Positions 26,023 through 38,595 of a DNA stretch of 64,000 nucleotides are shown piece by piece. The stretch is taken from the NCBI RefSeq assembly GCF_018977255.1, contig NW_024704748.1, forward strand, positions 19,964,001-20,028,000. The letters are read 5' to 3'. This DNA is from Callorhinchus milii. Taxonomy: Eukaryota. How positions within the stretch are numbered: position 1 is the stretch's first letter; every line of letters begins with the position of its first letter. The position numbers were made by a program, and so were the translations under genes. The notes below the pieces were generated by a model, which saw only the letters and a program-made list of their open reading frames with translations, did no database searches and was not told where the DNA came from.

Positions 26023-29000
26023 GACTGAATCCGCGTACTGCACAACTGTGAAGAATATCCCAGAGCAGAAGCACTTCTTGTTGAAATCCCTTTTCTTATT
26101 TTGTGCCAAAGCTTTTTTTCTGTATTTTATGGAACTTCAGTAGTACTTCCCACTGATCACACATTCAAGTTCGCCACCACCACCCCCACTTTTATGTCAG
26201 TAGGAAAATCTGGAATGGATCACAGTAAAGAAAAATCAGTTTGGGTTCAGAACTCCGCGTATATAAAGGAAGAATAAATGATCTAAGCTGACTGCACTTG
26301 CTGTAAGATAATAATAATAATAAGCCTTGCATTTGATATAGTGCCTTATCATGTCATCCAAAAGAAAAAAAAACAATGTTCCTTTTCTCATCTCCACAAT
26401 AAATAAAATAAATTTATATTAAAAGTATTCAGTAATTCATTGTGATGGTTTTCCAGCAAACTATATTCACATTTACGTTCAATGATAAGGAACAGTGAGT
26501 TCACAAATCTGTCTTTAGGGGAGGAACAAATGCACATTTCAAATTATTGATAATTTACAGAACCATAGGTTTAAGACTGCAAAACAATCTCAATGTAGAA
26601 AAATATCCTTGCATTGATGTGATAAAGTTAAAATTGAATGTTATGTTCATGTCTTTAAACAAGCTGGTAGTACTGATCAATGAGTCGATCTGAATCTACC
26701 TACAAAATATAAATTAAGATTATACATGATCCCACCTAATAAAACATTTGACACTCAGGACAAAATAACTATTCTACAGCTTACATTTTTGTTGACAGTT
26801 TTGCAAAATAATTAAATAATCTCTTGTAAAAAAACTGTCTTCTATTCTTCAATTTATTGTCCTTTCTACACCCTCTGAATCTACAGGATAGGGATTAATG
26901 TACCGCTTTTCAAAATATATACTCTTAACTTATCTGAAATCTCAAGCAAAGATCTCCAAAAACACAATATATTGACAGACCTTTACAGAATGATATGAAA
27001 AACAACAAAAATATGGAACTGAAACAGTTATAAGTTACAAATGATCTTCTACGAAACCTAAAAGCAAAGAGCCCCATTTGACCTTACACAGCAAATAATA
27101 AATTTTTGTGGCAGAAAAACATTGAATCAAAAATTCTAATATCCCTAAAATAAACGTTAAAGCCCTCTGGCAATTATGTCTGAAATGATTGCAAAATCAT
27201 TGAGAATCAACAATATAGGCTTTCTTCCTTCATTTGGAAGTGCATATATTCATGTGTTTTTCTAGGGAGGGATTTCAGTGTTGCTGAAGTATAGGGAATG
27301 AGATAATGGAAAATATTACTGCAAACTGGGGCTCCTCCTATAAAGACAGTATGTACTCACATTGTGCATGAATATGACTCACTCATAATTGGAAAAGAAG
27401 ATGTGGCAATATAGTAGTTCAAGAGATGCATTCCCAGGATTGTCATAGATTAAATAAAAACACAGGATAGTTAGAAAAAGGATAAGGTTTTTAAAATGCT
27501 TTGAAAGCAATGAAGAAAGGTTCAAGAGGCAGAAGGATTTAAAGAGAGAATTTCAGAAAGCAGAACCAAAGTGTCTGAAAAGTCACCCACCACACTTGTT
27601 ATAAGCAAATCTGGTTATTGTATTATTTCTGCTTATCCTGATACATTTACTAATCAACCTTCTTAAGTATATTATTGCTTCCTGCTCATTTAATTACGAT
27701 TCAGGTTGGATCTTTCTAGTAAGTTAGATTATTCTCAGCCCAGCTCTCCAGTGAACAGAAAAGAAACAACAGTAATCTACACTTTGTTGTTGCAGGGAAC
27801 ATTCATCTAAATGTAACTGTACAATTCATTTTTGATATAATTGGCTGTAAATAAAATTCAGTATTTCCTTTTGTAAACAATCTGCAATCCATGCCATAAT
27901 ATCTAACATTCAAACGTAGTAGAGTATAAAAAGTGCTTGCATTTCTAGATTCACAAAGGTTTATTGTTCACCTAGGATGTGACCATGAAGACAGTGTGGT
28001 CATATTCTAAATAATATTTAGAATTTGATTTTGGTATCAAATGTTGTGCATTGGTAAATTGTGTGAATGTCATAAAATTACATAAGCAGGGTTAAATAAG
28101 TCCTAGGCATCCAGCCAATCAGAGATTGTTTCTTAAGCAATCTTAACTGGCTATTTAAGCGCTGCAAGACACCACCCCGTGGGAAGGGTGTTATAAATTA
28201 AAGTTATTGTTGTAGTTAGGGTGACAGGGAGAGGCGGCTTCTGCAGTCTTGCTGTCAGAAAACTCAAGCAGCTCCTTGCACGGTGCTTTTATGTTATGCA
28301 TATGGTCAATTGAAGAATTGAAAAAAAGGTGCTGTATTTTCTCTTTTACCCTCTATCATGCATTCGGCACCTATGCCATGATATATTGAAAATCAAAACT
28401 ATTTTTCACTCCTAGAAATTCTTACTAAAGAACACAATGACAGATTGGGAAAAAAATAAAAATATTTTATTGTGCAATCATATATCAATTAAAAATTACA
28501 GTAGGATGCCTTATTTGATACAAATGCACTTACACGCAGTCAGTCAGCTTTGTGATGCCATGGCTATTATCCTCATGCATTATGACAAGTGAAAAATATT
28601 GTTAAAGCATTGGAATGCAATAAACAGTCCCCAAGTGCCTACTACCATTTCCAAAACAAATTAAGAGTTTCAAAGAGATTAATTTATACAGATTGCTCTT
28701 CATACATAACAATTGTCTGCTTTTCATTACCAGCTTGTTTTTTCACAGCAATGATAGTGGGAGATTACTACAATGGTCCATATCAATATTTGTCATTTTA
28801 AGCTTCAGCGAGCAACCACGGGTAGAGAATGAGATGCCATAGGATTTCAACTCAGCAGTAAATAGTACTAATATCTACATACTTGATGGTACAGAACACC
28901 ATTGAGTTTTAAGAAAGCACATAGACAGCTCTAGCTGATTTGACAACAAATGAAGTGCATCAACCCATCTCCTAATTATGCTTTACCCTTGACATGACAC

Positions 29001-30747
29001 AAATACCTGATGTTCACTTGGGAGTTTTATAAGACACAAATTTATTGCCAATGCAGAAATCTTAAACGATTTTAATTAGTAAAGCATTCAAGCAAATGTA
29101 ATGGTGCCGAAAAGGTAGGTAGCTTGTAAATGATCATCTATCTACTCATGTTAACGAAACAAAAATCATCTTTAAGCTAATTAAGCCATTCAACTTCTTT
29201 AGAATGTACAGGATTTAAAGAGTAAACTTCATAAGCATTTAATATGGTGCAATTAGTGTTTTTATGGAGATGCTGAACATTTTAATTCCAAAAAAAACTT
29301 CAGAATTGTAATTATGGTGTCCAGAATATGGGTCCAGAGAAACAAAGGAGATGACAATATGATATAAGAATTGAAAGAGTATTATAAATAATAAAAAGCT
29401 GCTATTCTCCAGCAGTCATCTTACTTTAGAAAAATATTAAACATCAACAAAATGGTGTGATGTAAATCCATGGCAAGATCTGCAATTCCACGGAATTACA
29501 AAAGTTATAATTTCCTACAATTAAGAATTAATATATAAAAAATCTCGTGTTTTAATAAAAACAATTCAGCTCAGAAATCTTAATGATTTATGAACATTTG
29601 CAAATCAGTATAGTCATGGGATTAATATTTGTTGTAGACTGCTTTCTTGGTTTACACAGCTGTTCATATAAAAACAAATTACATTTGTATACTGCCTTTC
29701 ACATTGGGAAGACGTCCCAAGGCGATAGACAGTCAGGGATTTGGACCTGAGCTGGGGATTGTGATCAGGAGGGGTGGAGGGCAGGGAGGATAACTGTGCA
29801 ATGAGTCCCTTAAAAAAAGAATGCTGATCTTCAAATGCAAAAAAAAACCTTTACTAAATTTTAAAAATGATTATAAATGTGATTAATTATAAGTTTTATT
29901 TCTTGAGGAATGTATTTCTGTTCTTTATTTCATTACAGGAGTGATGCAGCAGAGTTTTCCCGATTAGATCATAAGAGCAATAACATAAACATGTCGGTAA
30001 TGCACAATGCCCTACACTTTATCAATTTAATAAGATTGTTGCATTTTTAAACCCACAACTCCTGGTTATGTCTACAAAATACAGTTAATCCATTTCGCAA
30101 AATATTTTGTGAAGCACTTTGAGACATCACAGCAACATGATCAGGCGCTATATCAAATTGCCTTTTGTGCTTATTACTTTCCTAGTTATATGCAAAAAGA
30201 ATCAATGATAGATTGAATTACTCACTCCAGATTCACATTAAAAACAAACTACTTTAAGCAACTGACATTCATTTAGTTGTGTACTGATAAAGCAAATATT
30301 GTTGTTTAACCGGGAAAGAAATACACCAAACCAGGGATTCAAATTAAATTCAGATGAGATCCATCGCCTAGTTATTGATCTTACAAAGGTTGGACGGGCT
30401 ATTTGGATGAGTACCAGGAATATAACCAGGTCAGGGAAAATACCGTCAGAGCTTCCTTTCAAACCATAGTCCACAATTTGGATTCCCTTGATGTAATCTC
30501 TTGACAACTCAACGACCAAACGGCCGTTCACCAGGCGAGACTACAACACACCACAACAGCTCGCACTCTTATAACAACAACTTGGATGTAGCGCCCTCCC
30601 CGCAGGGAAGGCCATTTCAATACAGCAAAACAAATGTGTTCTACGCGGTGTGACCGAGACCGACATCGGGGTCTCCTGATCCTCCACATTTATGTCATGA
30701 AATCAGGGGGTTGAACAATGATTCGGTTGGAACCAGAGCGGCATCAG

Positions 30748-30860
30748 ACACAAAACATCTGAACCAGATGCCAACACAAAACATCTGAACCAGATGCCAA
30801 CACAAAACATCTGAACCAGATGCCAACACAAAACATCTGAACCAGATGCCAACACAAAAC
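30748..30860. repeat. Minisatellite, 26-bp unit ACACAAAACATCTGAACCAGATGCCA x4.3
   Basis: Four identical contiguous units plus a partial; no spacers. Confidence 0.95.
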
Positions 30861-31375
30861 GACCTCTCGAGTTGCACTCCTGGCGTCTCGCCTGGACTGC
30901 GCCCGGAGCTTGAGCCAACCGCCAAACCTCTTGTTCTCGGGCCCTGACTTGCCCAGACTCGGGAGCAAGTCACTGGCGAGTTTCCCCGCCGCAAAACCGG
31001 ACGCCGCAACCGCCGCCCGGCGTTTGGGAGAGAAACGGCCTTATTCCGGCTCGTGCGGGGGCGGCCGTGGGATCAGCGCTGTCACGAGGATGGGATAACA
31101 TCGGCGCCCCCCCCCCCTCATCTCCCAACTACATTCTACAACAAGATTTAGATTGTTTTTATATATATATATTAAAAAAAGGTTGAAGTCGATTTAAGAC
31201 GCATTTCAATCTAATTCAATGACACGCGCGGGCGACGGGGGGGGAGAAGAACCGCTGTCGCAGTCTCATGACGTCGCAGCGCAGCCTCATGACGCCGCAG
31301 CGCAGCGCCATTCGCCCGGTGCGCCTGCGCGCTCGATCCCGGGTCGCCCGCCCGCCCGCCCGCCCGGACGTCAAC

Positions 31376-31408
31376 ATGAGCGGCTGCGCGAGGCTCGAGC
31401 TGCTCAAG
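31376..31408 (+). CDS. FRA10AC1: FRA10AC1 exon 1 coding part (MSGCARLELLK)
   Basis: AACATGA in CpG island; AAG|gtaccg phase-0 donor in frame with exon 2, which has no ATG of its own at its start. Confidence 0.7.
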
Positions 31409-31567
31409 GTACCGTTCGCGGAGGCGGCGAAACTCGTCCTTCGCTTAACGAGAAGAGGGCGGAAGGGGGGAAACTAACGCCCATAAGATAATAGCCGTGT
31501 GCCCTCCCCTCGCTTGTCAGACCTCAGGGCCTTCGAGACACCGCGGGTAGTCGGTGACGTGTTGGGT

Positions 31568-31672
31568 CACAGGGCATTAAGGGTTACGGGGCAACTGGAC
31601 TTGAGGTACGGATCAGCCACGATCTCATAAAATGGCGGACCAGTCTCGAGGGGCTGAACGGCCGACTCCTGT
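31568..31672 (+). mobile_element. CR1-type LINE 3' end
   Basis: GATCAGCCACGATCTC...CTCGAGGGGCTGAACGGCCGACTCCTG. Confidence 0.6.
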
Positions 31673-31898
31673 TACGGTGGACGAGCGCTAACTTTCCGCA
31701 GCCGAAAGTTGACTGGACAGAAACCGTTGGCTCGCGTCAGTGTCTCCTCCTCGCCCGCGGCTCTTGATTTCCCCGAAGCTCCTCGGCCTGTCTCTCGGAC
31801 TGGCTGAACCTGTGCGCGGCCGAGTCGGGTGTCGGGTTTAATCCTCCATCGTTCCTCCTTCCCCACATTCAGGCCCTGACCGCCACATTGCCGGCCTC

Positions 31899-32688
31899 CG
31901 ACCTGAGCTGTCCTTTCTCCCTCACATCCGCACCACAACTGGCACCGCCTTCCATCACCTCCGGAACATCGCCAGACTACGGCATTACCTCACCCCTCAC
32001 GCTGCTGAAACCCTGGTCCACGCCTTTGTCACCTCAAGGCTGGACTACGGGAACTCTCTCCTCGCCGTCCTTCCCGCCACCTCCCTCCACAAGCTGCAGG
32101 TCATTCAGAACTCTGCAGCTCGTGTACTGTCCCGCACCAGGCTTCGGGACCACATCACTCCCACCCTCGCTCGCCTCCACTGGCTCCCCATCCCCCAGAG
32201 GATTGATTTCAAGATCCTCATCCTCACCTACAAGGCCATTCACGGCCTTGCTCCCTCCTACCTCTCCGACCTACTATCCCCCTACCTACCTGCCCGTACC
32301 CTCCGTTCCTCTGGCTCCGGTCTGCTCCACATCCCCCGCCCCAACCGCCCTTCCATCGGTGGTCGGGCCTTCAGCCTCTCAGCCCCCAGGCTCTGGAACT
32401 CCATCCCCCAGTGCCTTCGCCTTGCTTCCTCCCTTTCCTCCTTCAAGGCCGGTCTCAAAATCTTTCTCTTTGACCGTGCCTTCAGCTCCCCTCTCGACTC
32501 TCTACCCCCTCCTCGCTCCCTCCCTTCCCTCCCCTCACCCTGACCATTTCCCCCTCCTCGCTCCCTCCCTTCCTTCCCCTCACCCTGACCATTTCCCCCC
32601 TGCTCGGGTCATGACCCAACTGTGCAGCGCCTTGGGACGTCCTCCTGACGTGAAAGGCGCTTTATAAATGGAATCTTGTTGTTGTTGT
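31899..32688 (+). mobile_element. L2-clade LINE 3' fragment, ORF2 C-terminus uninterrupted (FRA10AC1 intron 1)
   Basis: TAFHHLRNIARLR..ETLVHAFVTSRLDYGNSLL..LHWLPI; near-identical to the 16208 copy. Confidence 0.92.
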
Positions 32689-33411
32689 ACCTCGCACATA
32701 TTATAGCCGAATCCCTTATTAATGCATTTTTTCACCTCCTGCCTCGAATACTCCCAATACCCTCCTTGCTGGTCTCCCCAACGCCACCGTTCATAAAATC
32801 CAATTACAGTAATTCAAAAAATCTGCCAACCATATCCTACGTGCACAAAACCTCTTGCAGAAAGGAGCGATTTCAAAATCCTCGCACTCGCATGCAAATC
32901 ACTTCATGCCTTGGTACCCCACTAATCACACGCTCCCTTCGTCCAGCTGGCTCCAGCCTCTTGCACAGCCCCCGTACATTTCTCCAACTGTGGCTGTGTT
33001 TTTAGAGGAATATCCTGATGAGATGTAATATTGCCAATTACATCCACAACTTTGAACCCTACAACAACAACAAGATTACATTTGAATAGCACTTTTCAGG
33101 TCGGGAGGACGTCCCAAAGCGCTGGACGGTGTACAGCATTTCAAACCCGAGCTGGGATCAGGCAGGGAGAAGGGAGGGGAAGGGGACAACAACAACAAAA
33201 TTACATTTGTAAAGAAATGAGATACATGAAAATAAGCTATTCTCTAATGCATCTTTCTCTGTTGAACATATAATAATAATAATCCTTGCATTTGATATAG
33301 CTTCTTATCGTGTCTTCAGAACATCTCAAAACACTTCACAGAATATACTGTAAAGTGAATTGACTGCGTATTTTGTAGGTGAAATATTACTTCTTCCTTT
33401 TTTTAAACCAG

Positions 33412-33491
33412 GAGCATGGTCTTGGAGGCTATGATTCTGAATTCAGCGAGGATGAAAATGAAGGAGAGACGTCTGATTCTAAATCTAAAAG
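33412..33491 (+). CDS. FRA10AC1: FRA10AC1 exon 2
   Basis: EHGLGGYDSEFSEDENEGETSDSKSK. Confidence 0.92.
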
Positions 33492-34356
33492 GTACCACAG
33501 TGTAAAATGTTGGAGTAGTTGCTATTTTGATGTTAACATTTATTGTGGCATTTTACAAGGCAAGTCAGATAAAAGATACATCCCAGGCATCAAACCCTAC
33601 ATGTCCCACAATTTTTTTTGATCAACCCGCTGTCTGATCCATGCAGAAACCCATTACCATGCTTAAGAATATTCAGACCAAACAGAGTTCCATGCATCTG
33701 ACCAATACATTGAAATATTTAACAGAATGGAATGCTCACTCTCCCTATAGGGATGCATCTACTTATCTAATTCTGGAGAGCATTAGGTGCAGGTTGGCAA
33801 AAGCCAAGGCTTGGGGACCCCAGAGTTTGTGTTGGGGAACTGCTGGAGTTTGAACAGCTAAAACCACATAGATTGCTACTGAATGCACTGTATGGCAATC
33901 TTTCCTTCTGACATTCTGTTGCCGAACATGTCACCTTGGAGCCACTTCAGCTTCAGGGACTGCTACCTCTCGCCCAAAGAGGATACATCTATTAATCATC
34001 TATTAACACTGTGGTGAAGTACAGTATATGTTAGATTCAAATTGATTTGTATTAGTCAGATTCATATGATCTTTGCTTCACAAACATAATGCTTATTTTT
34101 GTTGCCTTGGCACCTAATGTGTCAAAAAAACTGCTGCAAACAATATGATTTCGTAAGGATAAACAAATAAGTTATTATGAGGAGTTAATTTTATCAAAGT
34201 CTGAATTTCTCTTCTAAATTTAATAGAGATAATCTGTAACATAGTTCAATCCTATGAAGGTTATCTGTAATTTCTTTGGTTCGTTTCTACTTGTTCTCTG
34301 CCACTATTCATTGCAGAACTTTAAGTAGTTTATTGTATTTAATGTTTGGATTACAG

Positions 34357-34446
34357 TAAAGATGCTGCACTTCTTAAAAAGCCATTTCAAAAGGAAAAGC
34401 ATGTCCACGTGGCTCACAAGCGAATTGCAGCTCAAGAATGGGACAG
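34357..34446 (+). CDS. FRA10AC1: FRA10AC1 exon 3
   Basis: KDAALLKKPFQKEKHVHVAHKRIAAQEWDR. Confidence 0.92.
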
Positions 34447-34587
34447 GTAAATGTATCTTTTTCAAACTTGATATTTACTGATCTATTGTAGTGGTAGCAA
34501 ATGCCTGACAAACTTACATTTTAATGTCCATTTAATTTACAAGGTTTATTCATTCAGTAATGAGTACATTGTATTTTCGTTGAACAG

Positions 34588-34633
34588 GGAAGAAGCAAGA
34601 CACCAACGGTTCCATCTTATTGCCATGGATGCT
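34588..34633 (+). CDS. FRA10AC1: FRA10AC1 exon 4
   Basis: EEARHQRFHLIAMDA, followed by U12-type donor GTATCCTT. Confidence 0.92.
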
Positions 34634-35136
34634 GTATCCTTGAAATCTGAGAAAACAAGTCTGAATACAATGCTGATTAATTCCTAAATGTGTATTTTTT
34701 AAAAATTGTAATTATTCTAGCGGTTTTGAATGTGTAGTGTAACTGATTTATTAATCCTCTCTTGCTAATTTACTGAATTATTCTGGGCAATTAATTTAAC
34801 TAGAAATGCTCAGTGAAATAGAGTTTTCATCCAAATTGGGTTTGGATAGATACCATTCATACAGTACAATATAATGTAATGTCTAGTTTTTTTTAGAATG
34901 GCAAACCTCACCTATTGGAGATATTACCTTCAATAAAATCCCCTCAATTTCTCATACACATTTTATTCTAATGACAAAAGTGATCCTGAATTTATTTTGA
35001 TGTCAAAAAACAGTGAGTGACCTTTTACAGTATATCTGAAGCACTTTGAGACATCCTCTTAACGTAAAAGATATTATGCTAAATGTAAGGGTTATTATCT
35101 GAACTATTTATTGTGATAGTTTCTTAACATTTTAAG
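34634..35136 (+). other. U12-type (minor spliceosome) GT-AG intron 4 of FRA10AC1
   Basis: 5'ss GTATCCTT; branch site TTTCTTAAC (35120-35128) about 9 nt before the AG; no long polypyrimidine tract. Confidence 0.88.
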
Positions 35137-35213
35137 TATGCAAGACACAAGAAGTTTATCAACGATTATCTGCTGTATTATGGTGGCTCAAAAGAAGACT
35201 TGAAGAGATCAAG
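35137..35213 (+). CDS. FRA10AC1: FRA10AC1 exon 5
   Basis: YARHKKFINDYLLYYGGSKEDLKRS. Confidence 0.92.
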
Positions 35214-35542
35214 GTAAAGAATCAAATGTTGAAATAATGCATTTTCAGTGCTTTATATTTACTAGTAAAATGTTCCATGTTGAATTTGCTATCCGAATGA
35301 TGAAAATAGAAGAAACTTTGTTGATGGGAGGGTACATTTCAATCTTCATCCTTAAAACACTTCAGGGGTGAATCAATTTCAGTAGTGCCACAATATATGT
35401 AAATCAGTTTTATAGTCTAGTTGAAAACTGTCTTGTTCTTATATATTAGTGTTAATTTTCACCTAGTAGCATCATTTTATTTTATTTTCAGCAAACATTC
35501 ATGTTCTGAATATACTGAATTGCACAATATTTTTGTTGGCAG

Positions 35543-35626
35543 AACTAATGATAAAACCGACTTGGATGTGATAAAGGAAAACCATAGGTTCTTATGGACA
35601 GAAGGTGATGAAGATGATTTGACTTG
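35543..35626 (+). CDS. FRA10AC1: FRA10AC1 exon 6
   Basis: TNDKTDLDVIKENHRFLWTEGDEDDLTW. Confidence 0.93.
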
Positions 35627-36013
35627 GTAAACACATTTTTCCAAAACTGTATTCAATTAAGAATGGTCATTTACTTTTAATCTCTTTAACCTAATTTAAT
35701 ATTTTAGTTTCTGCATAAGATGTTCCAGTTGTGAAAACTATTTTTGAAATATTCTGTCAAGAAGAATATATCTAAAGACGCTATCCCAAAGGTGCAAGGA
35801 TTGTATTAATTGAGAACACATCCTTGAAAGCTTGTAATAATCATCTAGCAGTTGTTTACATGGCTTATTGAATAGTTGAAAAACAACAGCTTTGATTTGT
35901 AAAGTGCCTTTCATGTACAATAGCATGTCAAAACACTTCACAACAGGGTTCTCCAATCAGTCGATCACGATCGACTTCTTGGAGCATCAAGAAGTGCCTC
36001 GCCCAACACCTGC

Positions 36014-36410
36014 ACAACAACAATAATAACTTTGATTTATATAGCGCCCTCTATGCCGGACGACGTCTCAGAGCGCTTCACAGTAATGGATCCCGGGGCC
36101 GAGCCAGGGGGAGCGGGAGGAAGGTGACCAAAGGCCCGGTCGAAAAGAAAGGTCTTCAGCAGAGACCGGAAAATAGGAAGAGAGGGGGCGAGGCGAAGGG
36201 AGTGAGGAAGGGAGTTCCAGAGCCTCGGGGCATAGTGGCTGAAGGCACGGCCGCCGAGGGTGGAGCTGAGGACTCGGGGGACAACAAGGAGGCCAGACCC
36301 AGAGGAACAAAGGCAAAGGGTACTGTTTTGAGGAGAGAGGAGGTCAGAGAGGTAGGGCTGTGTGGAGTAGTGGAGGGATTTGAAGACAAGGGTGAGGATC
36401 TTGAACTCAA
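36014..36410 (-). mobile_element. L2 LINE 3' fragment
   Basis: Pyrimidine-rich ORF2 remnant with AGCGCTCTGAGACGTC..GGGCGCTATATAAAT tail. Confidence 0.75.
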
Positions 36411-36750
36411 GGCAAGTTCAGTCATGAATGCGCCAAAGATCCAGTAGCTCCCCAGCCGTGATACCCATGGTGTGGCCATATATGAAGAAATATTCAATAA
36501 AGAAAAATATTTTGTTGGCAATCACTGCTTTACAATGAGGGGAAAAATTTAAAGATAGAGAGTTGTCTCATTGCCCCCAGAGACTTAAGACCTATTATCA
36601 AATCTAGGCGGCTTGGTGTCTGGAAGGAGAAATATAAGAGGTGATATGCAGACAATTGATTTAGATCAGTAATGTTAAATGTTTATTTTGTATAAGCAAC
36701 TGAACAAAAAATCCTTTAGAGAATGACTTTTAAAAACCTTCAACTTATAG

Positions 36751-36835
36751 GGAGAAAAAACTTGCAAAGAAATACTACGACAAATTATTTAAGGAATATT
36801 GCATTGCTGATTTGAGCCGATACAAAGAGAATAAG
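36751..36835 (+). CDS. FRA10AC1: FRA10AC1 exon 7
   Basis: EKKLAKKYYDKLFKEYCIADLSRYKENK. Confidence 0.94.
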
Positions 36836-37112
36836 GTATGTACCAGAGCATTGATTACTTATCAACTGCATTGTACCTATCATTGATATGTATTTTTAGA
36901 CTTTTATTTGTACCCAGCTTGAAAATGGTAATTTAGAGAAACAAATACAGAAGTTTAACTTTATGGAAGAGAACAAAATTAACTTTTAGTTGCTTCAGAT
37001 GTATGGTTTATAGTTTTATTAGAACTCATAGAAACTCAGTTCAGATGGCCATCCAATTTCACCTATGTTGTACCTACATAGATAATATTTCATGTAAAAT
37101 GGTGTTTTTTTT

Positions 37113-37370
37113 TGCCCCATCATTGGCGGGAGAGCCTTCAGCCACTCTGCCGCCAACCTCTGGAATTCCATCCCCCAGTCACTCCGCCTCGGCCCCTCCT
37201 TAGCCTCCTTTAAGTCCCGCCTCAAGACCCTCCTCTTCGACCATGTCAACGGCCACCTCCCTTCCCCTCCCCTTCCGACCCCAGCTTGGGTCTGAAATGC
37301 CGTACTCTGTCTAGCGCCTTGGGACGTCCTCGCAATGTGAAAGGCACTTTACAAATGTAATCTTGTTGTT
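37113..37370 (+). mobile_element. L2 LINE 3' fragment
   Basis: GGRAFSHSAANLWNSIP-like remnant plus tail. Confidence 0.8.
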
Positions 37371-37957
37371 TGAATTCAAATGATATTTTTTAGTAATTTA
37401 GCAGTGGGAGTATAAACCATACAGGCAAAGTAGCTTATTGAAATAGTATGCCATCTGTAATGACCAAAAGCAGCATTGAGATTTATAAAAGTTGATAGTG
37501 TTTGTTTATAATATCAGTGATTGAATCATTTCTATGCCTTGTGAGAAAGGTGGCTTTCTAAATAAAGTTAGTTCCCAGGGTTCCCACTGGATGGCACTGC
37601 TGTAATGAAAAATGATGTTTTGGTTGGGAATGCCAACCCTCTAACTTCAGATAAGCATTTTTTTAAATAAAAAGGTCATCAAACAATTCTACTATAACAA
37701 CATTTTTAATGCAAAATAATGTATATTTTAACACCATCATTCATTTCCCAACAGCAAGAACCTGACTGTTATGCTTGCAAATAAATATCTTTATATAAAC
37801 AACTAATTTTATTAAGAAGATGCCACTTTGAATACTTGAATAGGAGCAACATTCTGCCAAGTTATAAATTGCATTTATCATTATAATACAGTATTATTGG
37901 TCAGGTAGGTAGGTTTTAGATTTTTTAATAATCTAATGATATTTTCTCCTGTGACAG

Positions 37958-38003
37958 TTTGGATTTCGATGGCGAACAGACAAAGAAGTGATTTCAGGCA
38001 AAG
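37958..38003 (+). CDS. FRA10AC1: FRA10AC1 exon 8
   Basis: FGFRWRTDKEVISGK. Confidence 0.93.
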
Positions 38004-38595
38004 GTAATGTAATTTTTACTGTTAAAAATGTTTCCAAACCTGTTTTAAAAACCTTTCAATTGACTTTTGAAAATCCTCTTCACCATTTGGCTACTGTAAA
38101 ATTGAGGTCTTAGGACAGTCAAAACTTCTCATAATTTTAAGGAACTCTAATCAGGTCATCCTCAACCCTCTTTGTTCCAACGGGAAAAAGTCTCAGTCCC
38201 TCAAGTCTTTCTGCCTTGCAAGAAAATGGCCGACATCGCTTTGATCACTGATCTCACTGCTTGCACATACACAGTATGCAGGATGTGACATCAACGGCAA
38301 CCTGATGACCTATAAGTAGACCTTTTTTTAGCATGGAAGCCAACTAATGAGAAAATGAGCGAGCCAGCTAGCTGGATGTAAATTATATGAATCGGGGGTG
38401 GGAAGAAACTACAGCTGGATTCAATTCAAATACATATTGCTCATCAAATAATTATAAAAATATGATCAATGGTAGAGTATAAATTCTGCAAACGTATACT
38501 GTATGAATGAATATTTTCCTTGAAAATGTTTACTGTTCCAGTAGGATTGTCATAATAATAATTCTCGCAGCTGATATAACGCTCTAAACATTACA

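Larger units (their letters stand above)
30860..31900. promoter_or_regulatory. CpG-island promoter of FRA10AC1
   Basis: CpG-rich; tandem CRE-like TGACG motifs (31265-31306); NRF1-like GCGCCTGCGC (31321). Confidence 0.8.

Noticed and set aside
26259-26268. TATATAAAG as the LGI1 TATA box
   Set aside because: The better match is on the opposite strand and the TSS is unknown
30238-30531. 97-aa minus-strand ORF upstream of LGI1
   Set aside because: Non-ATG start, no recognisable motif and no splice link to LGI1
30748-30860. CRISPR-like array (palindromic 26-bp repeats)
   Set aside because: Repeats are contiguous with no spacers, there are no cas genes, and the context is vertebrate
31888-32667. 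259-aa Pro/Ser-rich ORF (and ORFs at 16141-16832, 18287-18772, 36068-36521)
   Set aside because: Alternative frames or fragments of L2 ORF2, not host genes
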